Source of the DNA: the human T2T-CHM13v2.0 reference genome, Homo sapiens
Assembly: GCF_009914755.1 (NCBI RefSeq)
Contig: NC_060947.1
Strand: one strand, 5' to 3'
DNA: 64,000 bases
Part shown: positions 26,311 to 39,420 of the stretch, piece after piece
Layout: every line of letters begins with the position of its first letter
Position numbering within the stretch: position 1 is the first letter of the stretch
Notes under the pieces: generated by a model
What the model was told of the DNA's origin: nothing
What the model saw: only the letters and a program-made list of their open reading frames with translations
The model's database searches: none
Made by a program: the position numbers and the translations under genes

Positions 26311-29300
26311 TTTCTGAGAATGCTTCAGTTTAGTTTTTCTGTGGAAATATTCCCGTTTCCAAAGAAATCTTCAAAGAGGTCCACGTATCCACTTACAGAT
26401 TCTACAAAAAGACAGTTTCAAAACTGCTCCATCAAAAGGAGGGTTCAACTGTGTGACTTGAATGCAATCATCACTCAGAAGTTTCTGAGAATGCTTCTCT
26501 TTAGTTTTTACGTGAACATATACCCGTTTCGAACGAAGGCCACCCAGTGGTCCAAATATCCACTTGCAGATTCTACAGAAAGAGTGTTTCGAACCTGAAC
26601 TCTCAAAGGCAGGTTCATCTCTGCGAGTTAAATGCATTCGTCATGAAGAACTTTCTCAGCGTGTTTGTGTTTAGTTATGGGAAATTATTCCCGTTCCCAA
26701 AGAAATCCTCAGAGAGGTCCAAATGTCCACCTGCAGATTCTACCAAAAGTGTATTTGGAAACTGCTCCATCAACAGGCATGTTCAGCTCTGTGAGTGAAA
26801 CTCCATCATCACAAAGAATATTCTGAGAATGCTTCCGTTTGCCTTTTATATGAAGTTCCTTCCTATACGACCGTAGGCCTCAAAGCAGTCCAAATCTCCA
26901 TTTGCAGATTCTACAAAAAGAGTGATTCCAATCTGCTCTATCAATAGGATTGTTCAACTCCATGAGTTGAATGCCATCCTCACAAAGTCGTTTCTGAGAA
27001 TGCTTCTATCTAGTTTTTATGTGAAGATATTTCCTTTTCCACCACAGGCCTCAAAGCCCTCCAAACGTCCACTTGCAGATTCTCGAAAAAGAGTGTTTCA
27101 TAGCTGCTCTTTCAAAAGGAAAGTTCAACTCTGGGAGTTGAATACAAACATCACAAAGTAGTTTCCGAGAATGCTTCTGTTTAGTTTTTATGTGAAGATG
27201 ATCCCGTTTCCAGTGAAATCTTCAAAGAGGTCCACATATCCCCTTGCAGATTCCAAAGAAAGAGGGTTTCAAAACTGCTCCATCAGAAGGATTGTTCAAC
27301 TCTGTGAGTTGAATGCAGTCATCGCAGAAAACTTTCTGAGAATGCTTCTGTCTAGGTTTGATGTGAAGATATAGACGTTTCAAATGAAGGCTACAAAGTG
27401 GTCAAAATATACACTTGCAGATTCTACTACAAGGGTGTTGCAAACCTGAACTATCAAAGGAAGGTTCAACTCTGTGAGTTGAATACAAACATCACAAAGA
27501 ATGTTCTGAGTTTGCTTCCGTTCAGTTATGGGAAGCTGATCCCGTTTCCAACGAAATCCTCAGAGAGGTCCAAATATCCCCTTGCAGATTCTACAAAACG
27601 TGTGTTTGGAAACTGCTCCATCATAACGAATGTTCAGCTCCCTGAGTTAAACTCCATCGTCACAAAGAATTTTCTGAGAGTGCTACCGTCTGGTTTTTAT
27701 ATGAAGTTCTTTCCTTCACTACCACTGGCCTCAAAGCGGTCCAAATCTCCACTTGCAGATTCTACAAAAAGAGTGTTTGCAAACTGCTCTATCAAAAGGA
27801 ATGTTCAACTCTGGGAGTTGAATGCAATCATCACAGAGCAGTTTCTGAGAATGCTTCTATGTCGTTTTTAGGAGAAGATATTTCCTTTTCCAACACAGTC
27901 CTCCAAGTCCGCTAAATAGCCACTTGCACATTGTAGAAAAAGTGTGTCAAAGCTGCGCTATCAAAGGGAAAGTTCAACTCTGAGAGGTGAATGCAAACAT
28001 CCCAAAGAAGTTTCTGAGAGTGCTTCCGTTTAGCTTTTAGGTGAAGATTATCCCGTTTCCAACGAAACCTTCAAAGAAGTCCAAATATCCCCTTGCGGAT
28101 CCCACAGAAAGAGTGTTTCGAAACTGCTGTTTCAAAAGGAATCTTCAACTCTGTGAGTTGAATGCAATCATCACAAAGAAGTTTCTGACAATGCTTCTCT
28201 CTCGTCTTTCTGTGAAGATAAATAAATGCTTTCAGGCCTTTGCCACCACAGGCCTGAAAGCGCTCCAAATGTCCACTTGCAGATTCTGCGAAAAGAATAT
28301 TTCAAAACTGCTTTGTGAAAAGCAATGTTAAACTCTGTGGCTCGAACACAAACATCACAAAGCGGTTTCTGAGAATGCTTCAGTTTAGTTTTTCTGTGGA
28401 AATATTCCCGTTTCCAAAGAAATCTTCAAAGAGGTCCACGTATCCACTTACAGATTCTACAAAAAGACAGTTTCAAAACTGCTCCATCAAAAGGAGGGTT
28501 CAACTGTGTGACTTGAATGCAATCATCACTCAGAAGTTTCTGAGAATGCTTCTCTTTAGTTTTTACGTGAACATATACCCGTTTCGAACGAAGGCCACCC
28601 AGTGGTCCAAATATCCACTTGCAGATTCTACAGAAAGAGTGTTTCGAACCTGAACTCTCAAAGGCAGGTTCATCTCTGCGAGTTAAATGCATTCATCATG
28701 AAGAACTTTCTCAGAGTGTTTGTGTTTAGTTATGGGAAATTATTCCCGTTTCCAACGAAATCCTCAGAGAGCTCCAAATATCCACCTGCAGATTCTACCA
28801 AAAGTGTATTTGGAAACTGCTCCATCAAAAGGCATGTTCAGCTCTGTGAGTGAAACTCCATCATCACAAAGAATATTCTGAGAATGCTTCCGTTTGCCTT
28901 TTATCTGAAGTTCCTTCCTATACGACCGTAGGCCTCAAAGCAGTCCAAATCTCCATTTGCAGATTCTACAAAAAGAGTGATTCCAATCTGCTCTATCAAT
29001 AGGATTGTTCAACTCCATGAGTTGAATGCCATCCTCACAAAGTCGTTTCTGAGAATGCTTCTATCTAGTTTTTATGTGAAGATATTTCCTTTTCCACCAC
29101 AGGCCTCAAAGCCCTCCAAACGTCCACTTGCAGATTCTCGAAAAGGAGTGTTTCATAGCTGCTCTTTCAAAAGGAAAGTTCAACTCTGGGAGTTGAATAC
29201 AAACATCACAAAGTAGTTTCCGAGAATGCTTCTGTTTAGTTTTTATGTGAAGATGATCCCGTTTCCAGTGAAATCTTCAAAGAGGTCCACATATCCCCTT

Positions 29301-30419
29301 GCAGATTCCAAAGAAAGAGGGTTTCAAAACTGCTCCATCAGAAGGATTGTTCAACTCTGTGAGTTGAATGCAGTCATCGCAGAAAACTTTCTGAGAATGC
29401 TTCTGTCTAGGTTTGATGTGAAGATATAGACGTTTCAAACGAAGGCTACAAAGTGGTCAAAATATACACTTGCAGATTCTACTACAAGGGTGTTGCAAAC
29501 CTGAACTATCAAAGGAAGGTTCAACTCTGTGAGTTGAATACAAACATCACAAAGAATGTTCTGAGTTTGCTTCCGTTCAGTTATGGGAAGTTGATCCCGT
29601 TTCCAACGAAATCCTCAGAGAGGTCCAAATATCCCCTTGCAGATTCTACAAAACGTGTGTTTGGAAACTGCTCCATCATAACGAATGTTCAGCTCCCTGA
29701 GTTAAACTCCATCGTCACAAAGAATTTTCTGAGAGTGCTACCGTCTGGTTTTTATATGAAGTTCTTTCCTTCACTACCACAGGCCTCAAAGCGGTCCAAA
29801 TCTCCACTTGCAGATTCTACAAAAAGAGTGTTTGCAAACTGCTCTATCAAAAGGAATGTTCAACTCTGGGAGTTGAATGCAATCATCACAGAGCAGTTTC
29901 TGAGAATGCTTCTATGTCGTTTTTAGGAGAAGATATTTCCTTTTCCAACACAATCCTCCAAGCCCGCTAAATAGCCACTTGCACATTGTAGAAAAAGTGT
30001 GTCAAAGCTGCGCTATCAAAGGGAAAGTTCAACTCTGTGAGGTGAATGCAAACATCCCAAAGAAGTTTCTGAGAATGCTTCCGTTTAGCTTTTAGGTGAA
30101 GATTATCCCGTTTCCAACGAAACCTTCAAAGAGGTCCAAATATCCCCTTGCGGATCCCACAGAAAGAGTGTTTCGAAACTGCTGTTTCAAAAGGAATCTT
30201 CAACTCTGTGAGTTGAATGCAATCATCACAAAGAAGTTTCTGACAATGCTTCTCTCTCGTCTTTCTGTGAAGATAAAGGAAAAGGCTTTCAGGCCTTTTC
30301 CACCACAGGCCTGAAAGCGCTCCAAATGTCCACTTGCAGATTCTGCGAAAAGAATATTTCAAAACTGCTCTATGAAAAGCAATGTTAAACTCTGTGGCTC
30401 GAACACAAACATCACAAAG

Positions 30420-33400
30420 CAGTTTCTGAGAATGCTTCAGTTTAGTTTTTCTGTGGAAATATTCCCGTTTCCAAAGAAATCTTCAAAGAGGTCCACGTAT
30501 CCACTTACAGATTCTACAAAAAGACAGTTTCAAAACTGCTCCATCAAAAGGAGGGTTCAACTGTGTGACTTGAATGCAATCATCACTCAGAAGTTTCTGA
30601 GAATGCTTCTCTTTAGTTTTTACGTGAACATATACCCGTTTCGAACGAAGGCCACCCAGTGGTCCAAATATCCACTTGCAGATTCTACAGAAAGAGTGTT
30701 TCGAACCTGAACTCTCAAAGGCAGGTTCATCTCTGCGAGTTAAATGCATTCATCATGAAGAACTTTCTCAGAGTGTTTGTGTTTAGTTATGGGAAATTAT
30801 TCCCGTTTCCAACGAAATCCTCAGAGAGCTCCAAATATCCACCTGCAGATTCTACCAAAAGTGTATTTGGAAACTGCTCCATCAAAAGGCATGTTCAGCT
30901 CTGTGAGTGAAACTCCATCATCACAAAGAATATTCTGAGAATGCTTCCGTTTGCCTTTTATCTGAAGTTCCTTCCTATACGACCGTAGGCCTCAAAGCAG
31001 TCCAAATCTCCATTTGCAGATTCTACAAAAAGAGTGATTCCAATCTGCTCTATCAATAGGATTGTTCAACTCCATGAGTTGAATGCCATCCTCACAAAGT
31101 CGTTTCTGAGAATGCTTCTATCTAGTTTTTATGTGAAGATATTTCCTTTTCCACCACAGGCCTCAAAGCCCTCCAAACGTCCACTTGCAGATTCTCGAAA
31201 AAGAGTGTTTCATAGCTGCTCTTTCAAAAGGAAAGTTCAACTCTGGGAGTTGAATACAAACATCACAAAGTAGTTTCCGAGAATGCTTCTGTTTAGTTTT
31301 TATGTGAAGATGATCCCGTTTCCAGTGAAATCTTCAAAGAGGTCCACATATCCCCTTGCAGATTCCAAAGAAAGAGGGTTTCAAAACTGCTCCATCAGAA
31401 GGATTGTTCAACTCTGTGAGTTGAATGCAGTCATCGCAGAAAACTTTCTGAGAATGCTTCTGTCTAGGTTTGATGTGAAGATATAAACGTTTCAAATGAA
31501 GGCTACAAAGTGGTCAAAATATACACTTGCAGATTCTACTACAAGGGTGTTGCAAACCTGAACTATCAAAGGAAGGTTCAGCTCTGTGAGTTGAATACAA
31601 ACATCACAAAGAATGTTCTGAGTTTGCTTCCGTTCAGTTATGGGAAGTTGATCCCGTTTCCAACGAAATCCTCAGAGAGGTCCAAATATCCCCTTGCAGA
31701 TTCTACAAAACGTGTGTTTGGAAACTGCTCCATCATAACGAATGTTCAGCTCCCTGAGTTAAACTCCATCGTCACAAAGAATTTTCTGAGAGTGCTACCG
31801 TCTGGTTTTTATATGAAGTTCTTTCCTTCACTACCACTGGCCTCAAAGCGGTCCAAATCTCCACTTGCAGATTCTACAAAAAGAGTGTTTGCAAACTGCT
31901 CTATCAAAAGGAATGTTCAACTCTGGGAGTTGAATGCAATCATCACAGAGCAGTTTCTGAGAATGCTTCTATGTCGTTTTTAGGAGAAGATATTTCCTTT
32001 TCCAACACAGTCCTCCAAGCCCGCTAAATAGCCACTTGCACATTGTAGAAAAAGTGTGTCAAAGCTGCGCTATCAAAGGGAAAGTTCAACTCTGTGAGGT
32101 GAATGCAAACATCCCAAAGAAGTTTCTGAGAATGCTTCCGTTTAGCTTTTAGGTGAAGATTAACCCGTTTCCAACGAAACCTTCAAAGAGGTCCAAATAT
32201 CCCCTTGCGGATCCCACAGAAAGAGTGTTTCGAAACTGCTGTTTCAAAAGGAATCTTCAACTCTGTGAGTTGAATGCAATCATCACAAAGAAGTTTCTGA
32301 CAATGCTTCTCTCTCGTCTTTCTGTGAAGATAAAGGAAAAGGCTTTCAGGCCTTTTCCACCACAGGCCTGAAAGCGCTCCAAATGTCCACTTGCAGATTC
32401 TGCGAAAAGAATATTTCAAAACTGCTCTATGAAAAGCAATGGTAAACTCTGTGGCTCGAACACAAACATCACAAAGCGGTTTCTGAGAATGCTTCAGTTT
32501 AGTTTTTCTGTGGAAATATTCCCGTTTCCAAAGAAATCTTCAAAGAGGTCCACGTATCCACTTACAGATTCTACAAAAAGACAGTTTCAAAACTGCTCCA
32601 TCAAAAGGAGGGTTCAACTGTGTGACTTGAATGCAATCATCACTCAGAAGTTTCTGAGAATGCTTCTCTTTAGTTTTTAGGTGAACATATACCCGTTTCG
32701 AACGAAGGCCACCCAGTGGTCCAAATATCCACTTGCAGATTATACAGAAAGAGTGTTTCGAACCTGAACTCTCAAAGGCAGGTTCATCTCTGCGAGTTAA
32801 ATGCATTCATCATGAAGAACTTTCTCAGAGTGTTTGTGTTTAGTTATGGGAAATTATTCCCTTTTCCAACGAAATCCTCAGAGAGCTCCAAATATCCACC
32901 TGCAGATTCTACCAAAAGTGTATTTGGAAACTGCTCCATCAAAAGGCATGTTCAGCTCTGTGAGTGAAACTCCATCATCACAAAGAATATTCTGAGAATG
33001 CTTCCGTTTGCCTTTTATATGACGTTCCTTCCTGTACTACCGTAGGCCTCAAAGCAGTCCAAATCTCCATTTGCAGATTCTATAAAAAGAGTGATTCCAA
33101 TCTGCTCTATCAATAGGATTGTTCAACTCCATGAGTTGAATGCCATCCTCACAAAGTAGTTTCTGAGAATGCTTCTATCTGGTTTTTGTGTGAAGATATT
33201 TCCTTTTCCACCACAGGCCTCAAAGCCCTCCAAACGTCCACTTGCAGATTCTCGAAAAAGAGTGTTTCATAGCTGCTCTTTCAAAAGGAAAGTTCAACTC
33301 TGGGAGTTGAATACAAACATCACAAAGTAGTTTCCGAGAATGCTTCTGTTTAGTTTTTATGTGAAGATGATCCCGTTTCCAGTGAAATCTTCAAAGAGGT

Positions 33401-36400
33401 CCACATATCCCCTTGCAGATTCCAAAGAAAGAGGGTTTCAAAACTGCTCCATCAATAGGATTGTTCAACTCTGTGAGTTGAATGCAGTCATCGCAGAAAA
33501 CTTTCTGAGAATGCTTCTGTCTAGGTTTGATGTGAAGATATAGACGTTTCAAATGAAGGCTACAAAGTGGTCAAAATATACACTTGCAGATTCTACTACA
33601 AGGGTGTTGCAAACCTGAACTATCAAAGGAAGGTTCAACTCTGTGAGTTGAATACAAACATCACAAAGAATGTTCTGAGTTTGCTTCCGTTCAGTTATGG
33701 GAAGCTGATCCCGTTTCCAACGAAATCCTCAGAGAGGTCCAAATATCCCCTTGCAGATTCTACAAAACGTGTGTTTGGAAACTGCTCCATCATAACGAAT
33801 GTTCAGCTCCCTGAGTTAAACTCCATCGTCACAAAGAATTTTCTGAGAGTGCTACCGTCTGGTTTTTATATGAAGTTCTTTCCTTCACTACCACTGGCCT
33901 CAAAGCGGTCCAAATCTCCACTTGCAGATTCTACAAAAAGAGTGTTTGCAAACTGCTCTATCAAAAGGAATGTTCAACTCTGGGAGTTGAATGCAATCAT
34001 CACAGAGCAGTTTCTGAGAATGCTTCTATGTCGTTTTTAGGAGAAGATATTTCCTTTTCCAACACAGTCCTCCAAGTCCGCTAAATAGCCACTTGCACAT
34101 TGTAGAAAAAGTGTGTCAAAGCTGCGCTATCAAAGGGAAAGTTCAACTCTGAGAGGTGAATGCAAACATCCCAAAGAAGTTTCTGAGAGTGCTTCCGTTT
34201 AGCTTTTAGGTGAAGATTATCCCGTTTCCAACGAAACCTTCAAAGAAGTCCAAATATCCCCTTGCGGATCCCACAGAAAGAGTGTTTCGAAACTGCTGTT
34301 TCAAAAGGAATCTTCAACTCTGTGAGTTGAATGCAATCATCACAAAGAAGTTTCTGACAATGCTTCTCTCTCGTCTTTCTGTGAAGATAAATAAATGCTT
34401 TCAGGCCTTTGCCACCACAGGCCTGAAAGCGCTCCAAATGTCCACTTGCAGATTCTGCGAAAAGAATATTTCAAAACTGCTTTGTGAAAAGCAATGTTAA
34501 ACTCTGTGGCTCGAACACAAACATCACAAAGCGGTTTCTGAGAATGCTTCAGTTTAGTTTTTCTGTGGAAATATTCCCGTTTCCAAAGAAATCTTCAAAG
34601 AGGTCCACGTATCCACTTACAGATTCTACAAAAAGACAGTTTCAAAACTGCTCCATCAAAAGGAGGGTTCAACTGTGTGACTTGAATGCAATCATCACTC
34701 AGAAGTTTCTGAGAATGCTTCTCTTTAGTTTTTACGTGAACATATACCCGTTTCGAACGAAGGCCACCCAGTGGTCCAAATATCCACTTGCAGATTCTAC
34801 AGAAAGAGTGTTTCGAACCTGAACTCTCAAAGGCAGGTTCATCTCTGCGAGTTAAATGCATTCATCATGAAGAACTTTCTCAGAGTGTTTGTGTTTAGTT
34901 ATGGGAAATTATTCCCGTTTCCAACGAAATCCTCAGAGAGCTCCAAATATCCACCTGCAGATTCTACCAAAAGTGTATTTGGAAACTGCTCCATCAAAAG
35001 GCATGTTCAGCTCTGTGAGTGAAACTCCATCATCACAAAGAATATTCTGAGAATGCTTCCGTTTGCCTTTTATCTGAAGTTCCTTCCTATACGACCGTAG
35101 GCCTCAAAGCAGTCCAAATCTCCATTTGCAGATTCTACAAAAAGAGTGATTCCAATCTGCTCTATCAATAGGATTGTTCAACTCCATGAGTTGAATGCCA
35201 TCCTCACAAAGTCGTTTCTGAGAATGCTTCTATCTAGTTTTTATGTGAAGATATTTCCTTTTCCACCACAGGCCTCAAAGCCCTCCAAACGTCCACTTGC
35301 AGATTCTCGAAAAAGAGTGTTTCATAGCTGCTCTTTCAAAAGGAAAGTTCAACTCTGGGAGTTGAATACAAACATCACAAAGTAGTTTCCGAGAATGCTT
35401 CTGTTTAGTTTTTATGTGAAGATGATCCCGTTTCCAGTGAAATCTTCAAAGAGGTCCACATATCCCCTTGCAGATTCCAAAGAAAGAGGGTTTCAAAACT
35501 GCTCCATCAGAAGGATTGTTCAACTCTGTGAGTTGAATGCAGTCATCGCAGAAAACTTTCTGAGAATGCTTCTGTCTAGGTTTGATGTGAAGATATAAAC
35601 GTTTCAAATGAAGGCTACAAAGTGGTCAAAATATACACTTGCAGATTCTACTACAAGGGTGTTGCAAACCTGAACTATCAAAGGAAGGTTCAGCTCTGTG
35701 AGTTGAATACAAACATCACAAAGAATGTTCTGAGTTTGCTTCCGTTCAGTTATGGGAAGTTGATCCCGTTTCCAACGAAATCCTCAGAGAGGTCCAAATA
35801 TCCCCTTGCAGATTCTACAAAACGTGTGTTTGGAAACTGCTCCATCATAACGAATGTTCAGCTCCCTGAGTTAAACTCCATCGTCACAAAGAATTTTCTG
35901 AGAGTGCTACCGTCTGGTTTTTATATGAAGTTCTTTCCTTCACTACCACTGGCCTCAAAGCGGTCCAAATCTCCACTTGCAGATTCTACAAAAAGAGTGT
36001 TTGCAAACTGCTCTATCAAAAGGAATGTTCAACTCTGGGAGTTGAATGCAATCATCACAGAGCAGTTTCTGAGAATGCTTCTATGTCGTTTTTAGGAGAA
36101 GATATTTCCTTTTCCAACACAGTCCTCCAAGCCCGCTAAATAGCCACTTGCACATTGTAGAAAAAGTGTGTCAAAGCTGCGCTATCAAAGGGAAAGTTCA
36201 ACTCTGTGAGGTGAATGCAAACATCCCAAAGAAGTTTCTGAGAATGCTTCCGTTTAGCTTTTAGGTGAAGATTAACCCGTTTCCAACGAAACCTTCAAAG
36301 AGGTCCAAATATCCCCTTGCGGATCCCACAGAAAGAGTGTTTCGAAACTGCTGTTTCAAAAGGAATCTTCAACTCTGTGAGTTGAATGCAATCATCACAA

Positions 36401-39400
36401 AGAAGTTTCTGACAATGCTTCTCTCTCGTCTTTCTGTGAAGATAAAGGAAAAGGCTTTCAGGCCTTTTCCACCACAGGCCTGAAAGCGCTCCAAATGTCC
36501 ACTTGCAGATTCTGCGAAAAGAATATTTCAAAACTGCTCTATGAAAAGCAATGGTAAACTCTGTGGCTCGAACACAAACATCACAAAGCGGTTTCTGAGA
36601 ATGCTTCAGTTTAGTTTTTCTGTGGAAATATTCCCGTTTCCAAAGAAATCTTCAAAGAGGTCCACGTATCCACTTACAGATTCTACAAAAAGACAGTTTC
36701 AAAACTGCTCCATCAAAAGGAGGGTTCAACTGTGTGACTTGAATGCAATCATCACTCAGAAGTTTCTGAGAATGCTTCTCTTTAGTTTTTAGGTGAACAT
36801 ATACCCGTTTCGAACGAAGGCCAGCCAGTGGTCCAAATATCCACTTGCAGATTATACAGAAAGAGTGTTTCGAACCTGAACTCTCAAAGGCAGGTTCATC
36901 TCTGCGAGTTAAATGCATTCATCATGAAGAACTTTCTCAGAGTGTTTGTGTTTAGTTATGGGAAATTATTCCCTTTTCCAACGAAATCCTCAGAGAGCTC
37001 CAAATATCCACCTGCAGATTCTACCAAAAGTGTATTTGGAAACTGCTCCATCAAAAGGCATGTTCAGCTCTGTGAGTGAAACTCCATCATCACAAAGAAT
37101 ATTCTGAGAATGCTTCCGTTTGCCTTTTATATGACGTTCCTTCCTGTACTACCGTAGGCCTCAAAGCAGTCCAAATCTCCATTTGCAGATTCTATAAAAA
37201 GAGTGATTCCAATCTGCTCTATCAATAGGATTGTTCAACTCCATGAGTTGAATGCCATCCTCACAAAGTAGTTTCTGAGAATGCTTCTATCTGGTTTTTG
37301 TGTGAAGATATTTCCTTTTCCACCACAGGCCTCAAAGCCCTCCAAACGTCCACTTGCAGATTCTCGAAAAAGAGTGTTTCATAGCTGCTCTTTCAAAAGG
37401 AAAGTTCAACTCTGGGAGTTGAATACAAACATCACAAAGTAGTTTCCGAGAATGCTTCTGTTTAGTTTTTATGTGAAGATGATCCCGTTTCCAGTGAAAT
37501 CTTCAAAGAGGTCCACATATCCCCTTGCAGATTCCAAAGAAAGAGGGTTTCAAAACTGCTCCATCAATAGGATTGTTCAACTCTGTGAGTTGAATGCAGT
37601 CATCGCAGAAAACTTTCTGAGAATGCTTCTGTCTAGGTTTGATGTGAAGATATAGACGTTTCAAATGAAGGCTACAAAGTGGTCAAAATATACACTTGCA
37701 GATTCTACTACAAGGGTGTTGCAAACCTGAACTATCAAAGGAAGGTTCAACTCTGTGAGTTGAATACAAACATCACAAAGAATGTTCTGAGTTTGCTTCC
37801 GTTCAGTTATGGGAAGCTGATCCCGTTTCCAACGAAATCCTCAGAGAGGTCCAAATATCCCCTTGCAGATTCTACAAAACGTGTGTTTGGAAACTGCTCC
37901 ATCATAACGAATGTTCAGCTCCCTGAGTTAAACTCCATCGTCACAAAGAATTTTCTGAGAGTGCTACCGTCTGGTTTTTATATGAAGTTCTTTCCTTCAC
38001 TACCACTGGCCTCAAAGCGGTCCAAATCTCCACTTGCAGATTCTACAAAAAGAGTGTTTGCAAACTGCTCTATCAAAAGGAATGTTCAACTCTGGGAGTT
38101 GAATGCAATCATCACAGAGCAGTTTCTGAGAATGCTTCTATGTCGTTTTTAGGAGAAGATATTTCCTTTTCCAACACAGTCCTCCAAGTCCGCTAAATAG
38201 CCACTTGCACATTGTAGAAAAAGTGTGTCAAAGCTGCGCTATCAAAGGGAAAGTTCAACTCTGAGAGGTGAATGCAAACATCCCAAAGAAGTTTCTGAGA
38301 GTGCTTCCGTTTAGCTTTTAGGTGAAGATTATCCCGTTTCCAACGAAACCTTCAAAGAAGTCCAAATATCCCCTTGCGGATCCCACAGAAAGAGTGTTTC
38401 GAAACTGCTGTTTCAAAAGGAATCTTCAACTCTGTGAGTTGAATGCAATCATCACAAAGAAGTTTCTGACAATGCTTCTCTCTCGTCTTTCTGTGAAGAT
38501 AAATAAATGCTTTCAGGCCTTTGCCACCACAGGCCTGAAAGCGCTCCAAATGTCCACTTGCAGATTCTGCGAAAAGAATATTTCAAAACTGCTTTGTGAA
38601 AAGCAATGTTAAACTCTGTGGCTCGAACACAAACATCACAAAGCGGTTTCTGAGAATGCTTCAGTTTAGTTTTTCTGTGGAAATATTCCCGTTTCCAAAG
38701 AAATCTTCAAAGAGGTCCACGTATCCACTTACAGATTCTACAAAAAGACAGTTTCAAAACTGCTCCATCAAAAGGAGGGTTCAACTGTGTGACTTGAATG
38801 CAATCATCACTCAGAAGTTTCTGAGAATGCTTCTCTTTAGTTTTTACGTGAACATATACCCGTTTCGAACGAAGGCCACCCAGTGGTCCAAATATCCACT
38901 TGCAGATTCTACAGAAAGAGTGTTTCGAACCTGAACTCTCAAAGGCAGGTTCATCTCTGCGAGTTAAATGCATTCATCATGAAGAACTTTCTCAGAGTGT
39001 TTGTGTTTAGTTATGGGAAATTATTCCCGTTTCCAACGAAATCCTCAGAGAGCTCCAAATATCCACCTGCAGATTCTACCAAAAGTGTATTTGGAAACTG
39101 CTCCATCAAAAGGCATGTTCAGCTCTGTGAGTGAAACTCCATCATCACAAAGAATATTCTGAGAATGCTTCCGTTTGCCTTTTATCTGAAGTTCCTTCCT
39201 ATACGACCGTAGGCCTCAAAGCAGTCCAAATCTCCATTTGCAGATTCTACAAAAAGAGTGATTCCAATCTGCTCTATCAATAGGATTGTTCAACTCCATG
39301 AGTTGAATGCCATCCTCACAAAGTCGTTTCTGAGAATGCTTCTATCTAGTTTTTATGTGAAGATATTTCCTTTTCCACCACAGGCCTCAAAGCCCTCCAA

Positions 39401-39420
39401 ACGTCCACTTGCAGATTCTC
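30420..39420. repeat. Tandem two-HOR super-repeat, 4112-bp period, ~2.2 copies (U16-U17, U18-U19)
   Basis: Unit lengths alternate 2057/2055. Rare variants recur at +4112: ataaacg ~31483/35595, taacccg 32161/36273, aatggtaa ~32438/36550, gacgttcc 33021/37133. Confidence 0.88.
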
